Translations under genes and position numbers: made by a program
NCBI GenBank assembly: GCA_963789445.1
Contig: CAWBKS010000001.1
Coordinates: forward strand, 2,042,141 to 2,106,140
Direction: 5' to 3'
Source of the DNA: an uncultured Actinomycetes bacterium
GTDB lineage: Bacteria > Actinomycetota > JAICYB01
Length of the DNA: 64,000 bases
Notes under the pieces: generated by a model
Told to the model about the DNA's origin: nothing
What the model saw: the letters and a program-made list of their open reading frames with translations, nothing else
Databases searched by the model: none
In this document: in pieces, positions 36,675 through 45,809 of the stretch
Position numbering within the stretch: position 1 is the stretch's first letter
How the letters are laid out: the number at the start of each line of letters is the position of its first letter

Positions 36675-36891
36675 CTCCCTCCTACAGTCAGATGACCGTT
36701 TGTTTCAAACAACAAACACACAAACGACCTCGATCACGAGGTCACGAATTAACCATAGCCGTGAAAAGTGCGCGTGTGAAGGGTTTTCGCAAGCTTTGTC
36801 AAGCGCGTGTTTGTCGGACTTTTGAGGGATCCGTAACGCTTTCGCCCTGATTACCCGTTTGCGCGAACGCGTAACGCACGCGTGTTACGCA

Positions 36892-37224
36892 TCAGGACGC
36901 AACGCGCGCGCGAGGTCTGCGTCCTATGCGCACGGAAGCTACGCGTGCAAGCACGTCGCGTATGTCTTCTCCGTCTGCGATCAATCCGAATAGGCGCTGC
37001 GCTTGCCTTCGCAAACGCGTGCGTTCGCGCTCTGTGAGGCCGCCCCAAATGCCGTAACGCTCGCTGTTTGCGAGCGCGTATTCCAAGCAATCAAGACGAA
37101 CGTTGCAATTGACGCAAACGCGTTTCGCTGAGTCGCCCGGACTTCCGCGTTCGGGAAAAAAGAGATCCGGATCCTCGCCGCGACACGCGGCGCTTTCTTG
37201 CCAGTCGTAACGGATTCGCCACAC
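36892..37224 (-). CDS. whiB: WhiB-family transcriptional regulator (Fe-S, Wbl)
   Basis: Contains AACRGEDPDLFFPE, C-x2-C-x5-C (CVNCNVRLDC) and GIWGGLTERER. There is a C-terminal basic extension. Confidence 0.9.
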   Translation of the reverse strand: MWRIRYDWQESAACRGEDPDLFFPERGSPGDSAKRVCVNCNVRLDCLEYALANSERYGIWGGLTERERTRLRRQAQRLFGLIADGEDIRDVLARVASVRIGRRPRARVAS

Positions 37225-37395
37225 GCCCGCTGCCCCCCTGATGAGAAACAGGATTGTAATTACGTTCGTGTAATTGTAGGTATTGGCCTCGTTCTGTCAA
37301 GGGGTAGGCAATACGGTGTTCATAACGCTCTGCGCGCAGCATTTCGCTTGTTGGAACTGATGGAAATGCTTCGCGCTATCCGGTCTGTGTTGCGA

Positions 37396-37806
37396 TCAAA
37401 CGAGATAGCGGCGCCACACCCAATAGGAAGAGCCGATCATCGCGCCCGAACCGAAGAGTCCGAGCACGGCCAGTCCGCGGTTGGGTGACGATTCCGACGG
37501 ATCGGGTGTTGGCGTCGGCGGAAATGTCTCGGTTGACTGAGGCGTCGCGGACGGAGCCCTCGTCGGTGCCGTTGTTGGTGAAGCCGTGGGTGCGGCCGTC
37601 TTACGAGGCGTGGGAGCAGGCGTCGACGGGGGCGTAGCGATCGGTCTCCGGGTCGGACAAGCAACGAATGCCGTGCTCACGCAAGGCGTGGTCGTTGGGC
37701 GGGGGGTAGGCGAAGGCGTCGGCGAAATGATCTGCGCGGACACAGCCCCGCCGCCAAGTACGGCAAGGCCCAAGCCAAGAAGGAGTAACGCCAGTTTCTT
37801 GCGCAC
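37396..37806 (-). CDS. Secreted Pro/Thr/Ser-rich protein with a C-terminal TM anchor
   Basis: Signal peptide MRKKLALLLLGLGLAVLGGGAVSA, a low-complexity PT-rich body, then GLAVLGLFGSGAMIG followed by WRRY. Confidence 0.6.
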   Translation of the reverse strand: MRKKLALLLLGLGLAVLGGGAVSAQIISPTPSPTPRPTTTPCVSTAFVACPTRRPIATPPSTPAPTPRKTAAPTASPTTAPTRAPSATPQSTETFPPTPTPDPSESSPNRGLAVLGLFGSGAMIGSSYWVWRRYLV

Positions 37807-37808
37807 GC

Positions 37809-38045
37809 TTACATCTCTACGACGAGGTGCGTTTCTGTTGAGCGAACGCCCGGCAGATTGTGGATCTGATCCAAAACGACCTCGGCCAGGTGTTTGTCGT
37901 CCGGAAACTCACAGAAGGCGAAGATGTCCGGCTGGCCCCAGCACGTATGTGCCTGTCGTACTCCATCCAGTGAACGCAATTTCTCGAGCGTCTCTTTCGC
38001 GTGTCCGGCTTCCACCGACACCAAGATGTAGGCGGCTGCGCTCAT
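37809..38045 (-). CDS. Stand-alone Lrp/AsnC-type ligand-binding (RAM) domain protein
   Basis: 78 aa. AYILVSVEAGHAKETLEKLRSLDGVRQAHTCWGQPDIFAF...VRSTETHLVV matches the AsnC C-terminal domain pattern. There is no HTH. Confidence 0.78.
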   Translation of the reverse strand: MSAAAYILVSVEAGHAKETLEKLRSLDGVRQAHTCWGQPDIFAFCEFPDDKHLAEVVLDQIHNLPGVRSTETHLVVEM

Positions 38046-38102
38046 CCCTATCTCCTAAAGAACGCAAGTCTAGCCCGTGCATCGCAGCTACCATGACTGT
38101 AG

Positions 38103-38642
38103 GTGGCACGAATCATCATCACCGGCCCGCCTGGGAGCGGGAAGACCACACTCACGCTTCGCGTCGTCGAGATCCTTAGGGAGCGCGGCGAAGTGCTGGC
38201 CGGCTTCACCACTTCGGAGATCCGACGCGGCGGCCGCCGGACGGGGTTCACGATGGCCGGCATGGGCGGGCTCGAACGGACTCTGGCTGTCCGGGACGGG
38301 AAAGGCCCGAGGGTGGGCAGCTACGGCGTGGACGTACAGGCGTTCGAGGAAGTTGCCCTTCTTGAGCTCGAGAACGGCTTGGAGCTCGGCTCCACGCTCA
38401 TCGTGGACGAGATCGGCCGCATGGAGCTTCTATCTGATCGGTTCCGCTCACTTGTGCCCGAGATCTTCTCGGCCCCCAGACTGCTCGCCACGCTTCACAC
38501 GCACGCCGACCCCACGACGGACGAGATCAGGCGGCGCTCCGACCTCATGCTGGTCGAGGAGGATCGGAGCCGGGCCGGAGAGCTCGCGGTCGAGGTGGCC
38601 GATCTGGTCACCGACGTCCGGCTCGGCGCACCTTCTCACTAA
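38103..38642 (+). CDS. P-loop nucleoside-triphosphatase (THEP1/NTPase-1-like)
   Basis: 179 aa. Walker A ITGPPGSGKTT, FTTSEIRRGGRRTGF and Walker B LIVDEIGRMEL. Confidence 0.75.
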   Translation: MARIIITGPPGSGKTTLTLRVVEILRERGEVLAGFTTSEIRRGGRRTGFTMAGMGGLERTLAVRDGKGPRVGSYGVDVQAFEEVALLELENGLELGSTLIVDEIGRMELLSDRFRSLVPEIFSAPRLLATLHTHADPTTDEIRRRSDLMLVEEDRSRAGELAVEVADLVTDVRLGAPSH

Positions 38643-38757
38643 CATCCGCGTCTATATAAGGAAGGGGTGCCCAGCACCCTCAGTCGTCTCCGCCGGTTAA
38701 TCTTTCAAACCTGTACCGCGGGGGACCGAATTGCTCGAACATGCGAGGATAAGAGGT

Positions 38758-39435
38758 ATGTCCCAGTCGCCCACCGATTGGCCCGTCCCTCCCGAAGTCA
38801 GCGAGCCGCAGCCTGCTCGCGAGCGGCGGTCGTGGGGGAAGGTGTCCCACTCCGACAGATTCCGGCGCCAGCGGCGGGACCTGCTGCGGGCTGCTGCCCG
38901 GCTCGCGGCGCGCGAGGGCTACGAAAAGACGCGCGTCGCCGACATCGTTGCCGAGGCGGGCCTTTCGAAGAGCACCTTTTATGAGCATTTCGCCTCCAAA
39001 GAGGACTGTTTCGTCGAGCTCAACGGCCGGACATCCAGCCAGATGCTCCGCGAGGCCGTCGACACGGCCGAAGCCACGATCGATCAGGGCCCGGCGGCAT
39101 GTCTTGGAGCGGTGATCCGCTCGTTGGTCGGATACGCCGACCGCAATCCCCGTCTAGCCGAGGTACTTAGGGCTGCTAGTGATGCTTCACAGCAGAACGT
39201 TGTCGTTCAACGCGAGCAGAACATGCACCGGGTCATCCATTTCTTCGTCACGCTCGGTCATCGTCTCGGTTCCCCTTTGACGGCCGACGAGCTCGACCTC
39301 TCTGCAACCATCATCGTTCGCGGTGTGACCGACATCCTGGCCGACTTGCGGCGGGAGGACCCCAAGAGTTTCGACCAGAGGCTGGAGCAGATCACTCGAC
39401 TGGGGTGTCGCGCGTTCGGGTTACCCGAAGCCTGA
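38758..39435 (+). CDS. TetR-family transcriptional regulator
   Basis: ATG 38758 with SD aagagg. N-terminal HTH LLRAAARLAAREGYEKTRVADIVAEAGLSKSTFYEHF. Confidence 0.85.
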   Translation: MSQSPTDWPVPPEVSEPQPARERRSWGKVSHSDRFRRQRRDLLRAAARLAAREGYEKTRVADIVAEAGLSKSTFYEHFASKEDCFVELNGRTSSQMLREAVDTAEATIDQGPAACLGAVIRSLVGYADRNPRLAEVLRAASDASQQNVVVQREQNMHRVIHFFVTLGHRLGSPLTADELDLSATIIVRGVTDILADLRREDPKSFDQRLEQITRLGCRAFGLPEA

Positions 39436-41228
39436 TGCGTCGGTGGCCAACCTTCGTCCGCTTGATGCGGTATTGCCGGCCGTACCGGCGCAAGCTGGTC
39501 GTCGCGTTCCTGGCGGCGGCCGGCGTCGCAGTGGCGGTCCCCACGATCCCGTTGTTCGTCAGGGCGTCGATCGACAACGCGATCCCGCGTAGCAACTTCC
39601 GCCTGCTCGCGATCCTGGTCGGGGCGATGTTGGGCGTCGCGGTGCTTAAAGCCGTATTACACGGCGTTCGACGACAGATCGCCGGCGAGCTCTCTATAGG
39701 AGTCGAGGCCGATCTGCGGGAGAAGCTCTACAACCACGTCCAGGCCCTGGACGTCGGCTATCACGAACGGATCTCGACCGGCCAGATAATGTCGCGGGCA
39801 ACGAGCGACATCCAGGCCATCCGTCAGTACCTGATGAGCGTCGCGTGGTCGCTGACGCTGGTGATCCAGATCGTCGTCATCTACGGCGTGATGTTCTACC
39901 TGAGCGCACCTCTCGCAGGGATCTTCATGGCGATGGCGCCGATTCTCGGCTGGTTCACGTATAGGTTCGCCGACAAGTTCGACCCGATCGTGTGGGAGAT
40001 GCAGCAACGCCTCGGCGATCTCGCGTCCGTAGTTGAGGAAACCGTCGTCGGAGTCCGCGTCGTGAAGGGTTTCGGTCAGGAGCGTCAGCAGGTCGACAAG
40101 CTCGCCGCAGACGCCGATCGCGTCTACGACGCGGCCATGCAGTCCGTCGCACTCCGCGCGAAGTTCGTCCCGATCTTCAATCTGCTTCCCCAGATCGGCC
40201 TGATCGCCGTCCTCTGGTACGGAGGCCGGCTGGCCATCACCGGGGGAATGAGCGCCGGAACGATCGTTGCGCTCTTCTCCTATCTGTTCATGCTCATCTG
40301 GCCCCTCCGATCCGTCGGGATGATCGTGGCCTGGGCCCAGAGGGCTACGACATCGGCCAGTCGCGTCTTCGAGATCCTCGACACGTCGCCCGGTATCGCC
40401 GACCAGCCGGATGCGAGCAAGATCCAGCTGACCAGCGGCAGGGTCCTCTTCTCCGACGTCCACTTCTCTTATGCGGACGGAGGGCCGGTCCTCGGCGGAG
40501 TAGATCTCGAGGTGCCGGCCGGCCGATCGGTGGCTCTGGTCGGACACACCGGGTGCGGGAAGTCCACCTTGATGCGTTTGGTCCCGCGGTTCATCGAGCC
40601 GACGTCCGGTCACGTGACTATCGACGACCAGGACGTGTCCTCGGTCACCCTTCAATCACTGCGGGCGCAGATCGGGATCGTGTTCGAGGACACGCTTCTG
40701 TTCAGTGACTCCGTCGCGGCCAACATCGCGTTCGGCCGGCCGGACGCGAGTGAGGAGGAGATCGTCAGGGCCGCCGTCATCGCGCAGGCGCACGAGTTCA
40801 TCGAAGAGCTACCGCAGGGTTACGACACACAGGTCGGAGAGCACGGCTTCACGTTGTCGGGCGGCCAGCGCCAGCGCGTGGCGATCGCACGAGCGATCTT
40901 GATGAACCCTCGCATCCTCATCTTGGACGACGCCACCTCCAACGTCGACGCCCGCGTCGAGGCAGCCATCCGCAAGGGTCTTCGCAGGGCGATGGAGAAC
41001 AGGACGACAATCATCGTCGCGCGACGTCCGCAGACCGCCGCTATGGCCGACAGCGTCGCGTTCATGGTGGCCGGCCGCATCGTCGATACCGGTACTCACG
41101 CCGATCTCTGGAGATCGAACACCGAATACAGGGAAACGCTGCTGGCGACCGTGGATGTCGACGCCGTTGCCGGCGAAGCCGGCCTCGAGGTCGAGCACAT
41201 CGAAGAGGTCGAGGAGACGGTCCATTGA
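39435..41228 (+). CDS. ABC exporter, fused permease/ATP-binding subunit
   Basis: ATG overlaps the TetR stop (TGATG). Six-TM exporter domain, Walker A GHTGCGKST, signature LSGGQRQRVAIAR and Walker B ILILDDATS. Confidence 0.9.
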   Translation: MRRWPTFVRLMRYCRPYRRKLVVAFLAAAGVAVAVPTIPLFVRASIDNAIPRSNFRLLAILVGAMLGVAVLKAVLHGVRRQIAGELSIGVEADLREKLYNHVQALDVGYHERISTGQIMSRATSDIQAIRQYLMSVAWSLTLVIQIVVIYGVMFYLSAPLAGIFMAMAPILGWFTYRFADKFDPIVWEMQQRLGDLASVVEETVVGVRVVKGFGQERQQVDKLAADADRVYDAAMQSVALRAKFVPIFNLLPQIGLIAVLWYGGRLAITGGMSAGTIVALFSYLFMLIWPLRSVGMIVAWAQRATTSASRVFEILDTSPGIADQPDASKIQLTSGRVLFSDVHFSYADGGPVLGGVDLEVPAGRSVALVGHTGCGKSTLMRLVPRFIEPTSGHVTIDDQDVSSVTLQSLRAQIGIVFEDTLLFSDSVAANIAFGRPDASEEEIVRAAVIAQAHEFIEELPQGYDTQVGEHGFTLSGGQRQRVAIARAILMNPRILILDDATSNVDARVEAAIRKGLRRAMENRTTIIVARRPQTAAMADSVAFMVAGRIVDTGTHADLWRSNTEYRETLLATVDVDAVAGEAGLEVEHIEEVEETVH

Positions 41229-43027
41229 GGTGGTCGCCGCTCGGTCGAGCTCTGGACGACAGCGACCCGCGCGACGAGGGCGAGGCACGATTCGGCCGCC
41301 GCGAACTAAAGGTCCTGTGGCCGCACCTGAAGCCTCACTTGAAGCTCGCGCTGGCTTCCGGGCTTCTACTGATCGTCGCGCAAGCCGCTGCTCTCGCCAC
41401 GCCCTTCCTCATCCGGTACGGGATCGACAAGGGCATCCTCGCCAAGGACAACTCGCGCCTCACCATCGCCGCCATAGGTCTGGCGATCGGTGCGTTGGTG
41501 AACTGGATAACGCTTCGCAGCTCCATGATGCTCGGCGGCAAGTTCGGCGAGCGTGCGCTTCGTTCGATCCGGGTTCGGGTCTTCGACCATCTCACTCACC
41601 TCGATCTGGGATTCTTCGAACGCGAGAAGGTCGGGCGTTTGGTAGCGCGACTTACTTCCGACGTGGAAACCATCCAGCTCTTCGTCACGGAAGGGCTGGT
41701 CTCTTCCATCTCGACTTTGATGTATCTGGCCGGATCGCTGACCGTGCTCTTCCTTATGGACTGGAAGCTGGCCGCGGCCGGCTTCGCGGCCACGCTGCCT
41801 CTGCTGACGGTGGCCTCGATGATCTTCCGTGTGCGGTCGGAGCGCGCCTACCGTCGCGTGCGCGATCGCATCGCATCGGTTCTTTCGTTCATGCAGGAAA
41901 CGGTTCGGGGTGTACAGGTCGTCCAGGCCTTCGGTCGCGAACGCGTGAACAACCGGCGCTTCCGCCAGGTCAATGCGGACTGGGTGGAGGCAAACGTCGA
42001 GTCCTTCCGTCCGAGCGCCGTCTTCTTCCCGCTGGTCGAGTTCGTCGGCGTGCTGGGGACCGGTGTGCTCCTCGCCTACGGCGGCTGGCTTACTGCCCAC
42101 GGCGACATATCGGTCGGATTGCTGGCTGCGTTCATCCTGTACCTGAACACCACGCTGGATCCCATCACTCAGCTGTCGCAGCTGTACGACACGTTCCAGC
42201 AGGCGATGGCCGGTCTTGCAAAGCTCGCGAGTCTTCTCGATCGCAGCTCACGCTTGGTCGACAGCGACCATGCCGTCGATCTCGCATCCGTGAACGGATC
42301 TGCGGGCGTCGACGATGTAACGTTCCGCTATCGGGACGGGCTCCCGGACGCGCTGGCCGACGTCACCATCGACATCCCGGCCGGCGAGGTGCTGGCGCTG
42401 GTGGGTCCGACGGGTGCGGGCAAGTCTTCGATCGCCAAGTTGTTGCTGCGCTTCTACGACCCGACGTCCGGACGCATAACCCTCGACGGCACAGACCTTC
42501 GCGACGTCCGTTTGGCGTCACTCCGGGAACGGACGTCGATGGTGCCGCAGGAAGGGTTCCTCTTCCGCGGCACAATCCGGGACAACATCCGTTTCGGACG
42601 GCCCGATGCGACCGACGAAGAGGTCGAGCAGGTCTGCCGTCTGCTCGGGATCGACGAAGCGATCCAGCGCATGCCGCAGGGCTTCGACACCGAGGTGCGC
42701 GAGCGCGGAGCTGCGCTCTCCGGAGGAGAGAGACAGCTCATCGCCCTGGCGCGGGCCGTCCTGGTCGACCCGCGCCTGATGATCCTGGACGAAGCAACGT
42801 CCGCCCTCGATGCCGGAACGGAAGCGCACGTGGAGTCGGCGCTGCGACTCGCGTCCCACGGCCGCACGACGATCGTTATCGCACACAGGCTGTCTACGGC
42901 GGCCCGGGCGAACCGGGTGGCCGTGGTCGACCACGGCAAGATCATCGAGCTCGGCACCCACGACGAGCTGCTGGGGATCGACGGCGGCTTGTACGCGAAG
43001 CTCTACGAGCACTGGCTGGCGAATTAG
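41225..43027 (+). CDS. ABC exporter, fused permease/ATP-binding subunit (heterodimer partner)
   Basis: Overlaps the upstream gene by 4 nt. Walker A GPTGAGKSS, signature LSGGERQLIALAR and Walker B LMILDEATS. Confidence 0.9.
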   Translation: MRWSPLGRALDDSDPRDEGEARFGRRELKVLWPHLKPHLKLALASGLLLIVAQAAALATPFLIRYGIDKGILAKDNSRLTIAAIGLAIGALVNWITLRSSMMLGGKFGERALRSIRVRVFDHLTHLDLGFFEREKVGRLVARLTSDVETIQLFVTEGLVSSISTLMYLAGSLTVLFLMDWKLAAAGFAATLPLLTVASMIFRVRSERAYRRVRDRIASVLSFMQETVRGVQVVQAFGRERVNNRRFRQVNADWVEANVESFRPSAVFFPLVEFVGVLGTGVLLAYGGWLTAHGDISVGLLAAFILYLNTTLDPITQLSQLYDTFQQAMAGLAKLASLLDRSSRLVDSDHAVDLASVNGSAGVDDVTFRYRDGLPDALADVTIDIPAGEVLALVGPTGAGKSSIAKLLLRFYDPTSGRITLDGTDLRDVRLASLRERTSMVPQEGFLFRGTIRDNIRFGRPDATDEEVEQVCRLLGIDEAIQRMPQGFDTEVRERGAALSGGERQLIALARAVLVDPRLMILDEATSALDAGTEAHVESALRLASHGRTTIVIAHRLSTAARANRVAVVDHGKIIELGTHDELLGIDGGLYAKLYEHWLAN

Positions 43028-43106
43028 CCATCGCTGAGGCGCTTTCTGCCGAAGCGAGGATCGGCGGGTTTACCAAGAGCCCGTTTCGGCCGATCACTAT
43101 TAGTAG

Positions 43107-43385
43107 ATGATCGGCCTCATATTCAAGGTCTTCCTGGCTATCGCCGTCCTGATCGGCGGTGCTCTGCTTGCGCTGAATATCACCAACGTCTGGGACCCCG
43201 GGACACTGAGCCTCACAGCACCCAGCGTCGATGCTTGCCAGCGCTGGGTGACCGCGAACCACCCCGACCGTCCGACGGAACTCGTCGAGGTGCGGTGGAT
43301 CTGGACGGCCGAGAATTACGGCTGGGGATGCTACTTCGAGTTCGGTGACTTCGACGTCCTCACCGTGTCGCCGATGCCCAAATAG
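43107..43385 (+). CDS. Hypothetical small membrane-anchored protein
   Basis: 92 aa with an N-terminal TM (IGLIFKVFLAIAVLIGGALLAL) and two Cys in the soluble part. No motif was recognised. Confidence 0.45.
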   Translation: MIGLIFKVFLAIAVLIGGALLALNITNVWDPGTLSLTAPSVDACQRWVTANHPDRPTELVEVRWIWTAENYGWGCYFEFGDFDVLTVSPMPK

Positions 43386-43448
43386 GACACCGGCGGGCAG
43401 CTCCGACGAAGTAGCGCGCCTCTTGACTCTTCAGTCAAGCTGACTGCC

Positions 43449-44654
43449 GTGGATCACGAAGTCCTGAAGGACGCCTTCGAACGAACGCGCATCGTCGGTG
43501 CGGCCGTGTCCGACTATCCGGTCACGCCCGAGATGTCCGCTTTCGACCATCACATCGTCGGCATCCAGAAGGCGCTCTCCGATGCTGGGCTCAAGCTCGC
43601 GGACGTCGACGGCCTCATCCTCGCTTCCGGAGGGATGGGGGGAGGCATGACGCCCATGGGCATGGCCGAGTACCTCGGCATCCGTCCGACCTTCGTGGAC
43701 GGTTTGAGCGTGGGTGGTTCGTCCTTCGTCTACCACGCAGCTCGGGCGGCCCTGGCCGTCGGGTCCGGCCTTTGCGAGGTAGCCGTTGTCGCGATGGGAC
43801 AGACCGGGAAATCGGGAAGCCGCCCCGGCCGAGGGATGCGCGGCGGTGGCGGAGGCGGGGGCCCGCCGCAAGGTTTCGGCTCCTTCTTCTGGGACTCCCT
43901 GACCGGGCTCCCGTTGATCGGTGCGTACGCGATGGCCGCTCGCCGGCACATGCACACGTACGGAACGACCTCGGAAGATCTGGCGGAGATCGCCGTAGCG
44001 GCGCGCTACCACGCATCGATGAATCCCAAAGCGCAGTACCAGGATCCGATAACAGTGGACGACGTTCTGTCTTCGCGTTGGGTGGCGGAGCCTTTGCATC
44101 TCTTGGACTGTTGCGTCGTCTCCGACGGCGGCGGCGCGTACGTCGTAACGACGGCAGAACGTGCGAAAGATCTGCCGAAGCCCGCCGTCCGCATGCTCGG
44201 CTACGGCGAGCGCATAGGTCACGCGGGCATCGGTCAGATGCCCGACTTCACAGAGACGGCCGCCGTCGACACCGGGAAGATGGCCTTCGGCATGGCCGGA
44301 CTCAAGCCGGGCGATATCGAGTGCGCCGAGCTCTACGACTCCTTCACGATCACCGTGATGCTTCTCCTCGAGGACCTGGGGTTCTGCAGCAAGGGTGAAG
44401 GAGGTTCGTTCGTTCGCGAGCACCTGCGCGTCGGCGGCCCGCTTCCCATCAACACCGACGGCGGCGGACTGTCCGCCGTTCATCCCGGCATGCGCGGGAT
44501 GTTCCTGGTGACGGAGGCGGTCCGGCAGATACGCGGTGAGCAAGGGCCGGGACGCGCCATCGCCCGCGAGGGCGGCGTCGACACCTGTTTGGTGCACGGC
44601 GTGGGCGGCCAGCTCTCGTCGCACGCGACATTGATCGTGGGGAAAGACCTATGA
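43449..44654 (+). CDS. Thiolase-superfamily protein (SCP-x/Ltp-type) lacking the nucleophilic Cys
   Basis: 401 aa with a thiolase-like C-terminal pattern (NTDGGGLSAVHPGMRGM, LVHGVGG). The position of the usual active-site Cys reads SVGGSSF. There is a Gly-rich insert GRGMRGGGGGGGPPQGFG. Confidence 0.8.
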   Translation: MDHEVLKDAFERTRIVGAAVSDYPVTPEMSAFDHHIVGIQKALSDAGLKLADVDGLILASGGMGGGMTPMGMAEYLGIRPTFVDGLSVGGSSFVYHAARAALAVGSGLCEVAVVAMGQTGKSGSRPGRGMRGGGGGGGPPQGFGSFFWDSLTGLPLIGAYAMAARRHMHTYGTTSEDLAEIAVAARYHASMNPKAQYQDPITVDDVLSSRWVAEPLHLLDCCVVSDGGGAYVVTTAERAKDLPKPAVRMLGYGERIGHAGIGQMPDFTETAAVDTGKMAFGMAGLKPGDIECAELYDSFTITVMLLLEDLGFCSKGEGGSFVREHLRVGGPLPINTDGGGLSAVHPGMRGMFLVTEAVRQIRGEQGPGRAIAREGGVDTCLVHGVGGQLSSHATLIVGKDL

Positions 44655-45061
44655 GCGAGATGCCGCGCAAGTTCTTCATGAGCCCGCCCGAGGGGGCCGA
44701 GCCGTTCTTCGAAGCCACCAAAGAAGGCAAGCTCCTCATCCAGAACTGCCCGTCGTGCGGACGTCGCCAGTTCTATCCACGCAAGCTGTGCATCCACTGC
44801 GGTTCCCCGGACGTCGAGTGGCTGCAGGCTACGGGCCGGGGGACGGTGCACACCTTCACCGTCATCCATCAGCAAGGAATGCCGGGCTGGCGCGAGGAGG
44901 TGCCCTACGTCTCGGCGATCATCGACCTCGAAGAAGGCGTGCGCATGACGGCAGGAGTCGTCGAGTGTTCGCCGGCCGACGTTCGGGTTGACATGCCCGT
45001 CGAGGTCACCTTCGTCGACGAGGGGATGTACGTCCTTCCGAAGTTCCGTCCGGCGAGCTGA
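44651..45061 (+). CDS. DUF35-type zinc-ribbon/OB-fold protein (thiolase partner)
   Basis: 136 aa with ATGA overlap. Zinc ribbon C-x2-C...C-x2-C (QNCPSCGRRQFYPRKLCIHCGS) followed by an OB-fold-like region. Confidence 0.85.
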   Translation: MSEMPRKFFMSPPEGAEPFFEATKEGKLLIQNCPSCGRRQFYPRKLCIHCGSPDVEWLQATGRGTVHTFTVIHQQGMPGWREEVPYVSAIIDLEEGVRMTAGVVECSPADVRVDMPVEVTFVDEGMYVLPKFRPAS

Positions 45062-45065
45062 GTCC

Positions 45066-45806
45066 GTGTCCCACGAGTGGGACGCGGCAACCTACGATCG
45101 CGTCTCCGACCCCCACGTTCGCTGGGCCGTCCCCGTCATCGAGCGGATCGATCCTGACGGGCTGACCCACCTTCTAGACGCGGGGTGCGGAAGTGGACGC
45201 GTCACCCAGATGGTGCTCGAACGCTTTCCCGACGTACGGGTGACGGCCGTCGATGTCTCCGAGGCCATGCTCAGTGAGGCCCGTGAGCGGCTCGAGGGAT
45301 TCGGAGACCGCGTCGGATTCACGAACGCCGATCTCGCTCAGGAACTGCCGGATATTCCACCGGTCGACGTCGTCTTCTCCACCGCCGCGTTCCATTGGAT
45401 CACCGACCACGAATGCCTCTTTCGCAATCTGGCGAGTGTTCTGCGCTCCGGTGGTCAGCTCGTTGCGCAATGGGGCGGAGGAGAAAACATCGCCCGCCTC
45501 GTCGACGTGTTGAGTGAAGTCGGAGACGGATGGGCCGGCCCGTGGTACTTCGCCGACGTCGACCAAACCGTGCGAGACCTTCGGTCGGCCGGATTCATCG
45601 ATTTCAAGGTGTGGACGCACGGCGACCCGGCCGACTTCGAGACGCGCGAATCTTTCGAAGAGTATCTGCGCACTGTGTGCTTGGGTCCCCACCTGGAACG
45701 CATCAATTCTGAAGAACGAAATGCGTTCGTGAGCGCCGTCGCCGAGAGGCTTCCCGATCGGAGGATCGACTACGTCCGGCTCAACGTTGTAGCGCGGCTC
45801 CGCTGA
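45066..45806 (+). CDS. Class I SAM-dependent methyltransferase
   Basis: GTG 45066. SAM-binding motif LLDAGCGSGRVT, and an overall trans-aconitate-methyltransferase-like layout. Confidence 0.85.
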   Translation: MSHEWDAATYDRVSDPHVRWAVPVIERIDPDGLTHLLDAGCGSGRVTQMVLERFPDVRVTAVDVSEAMLSEARERLEGFGDRVGFTNADLAQELPDIPPVDVVFSTAAFHWITDHECLFRNLASVLRSGGQLVAQWGGGENIARLVDVLSEVGDGWAGPWYFADVDQTVRDLRSAGFIDFKVWTHGDPADFETRESFEEYLRTVCLGPHLERINSEERNAFVSAVAERLPDRRIDYVRLNVVARLR

Positions 45807-45809
45807 CGT

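Noticed and set aside
36240-36825. Plus-strand Leu/Ala/Arg-repeat ORFs (36240..36641, 36331..36825, 36389..36667) over the repeat region
   Set aside because: They are mirror images of the minus-strand Lys/Ala/Pro-repeat gene. Only the minus-strand ORF has a strong SD and a downstream rho-independent terminator.
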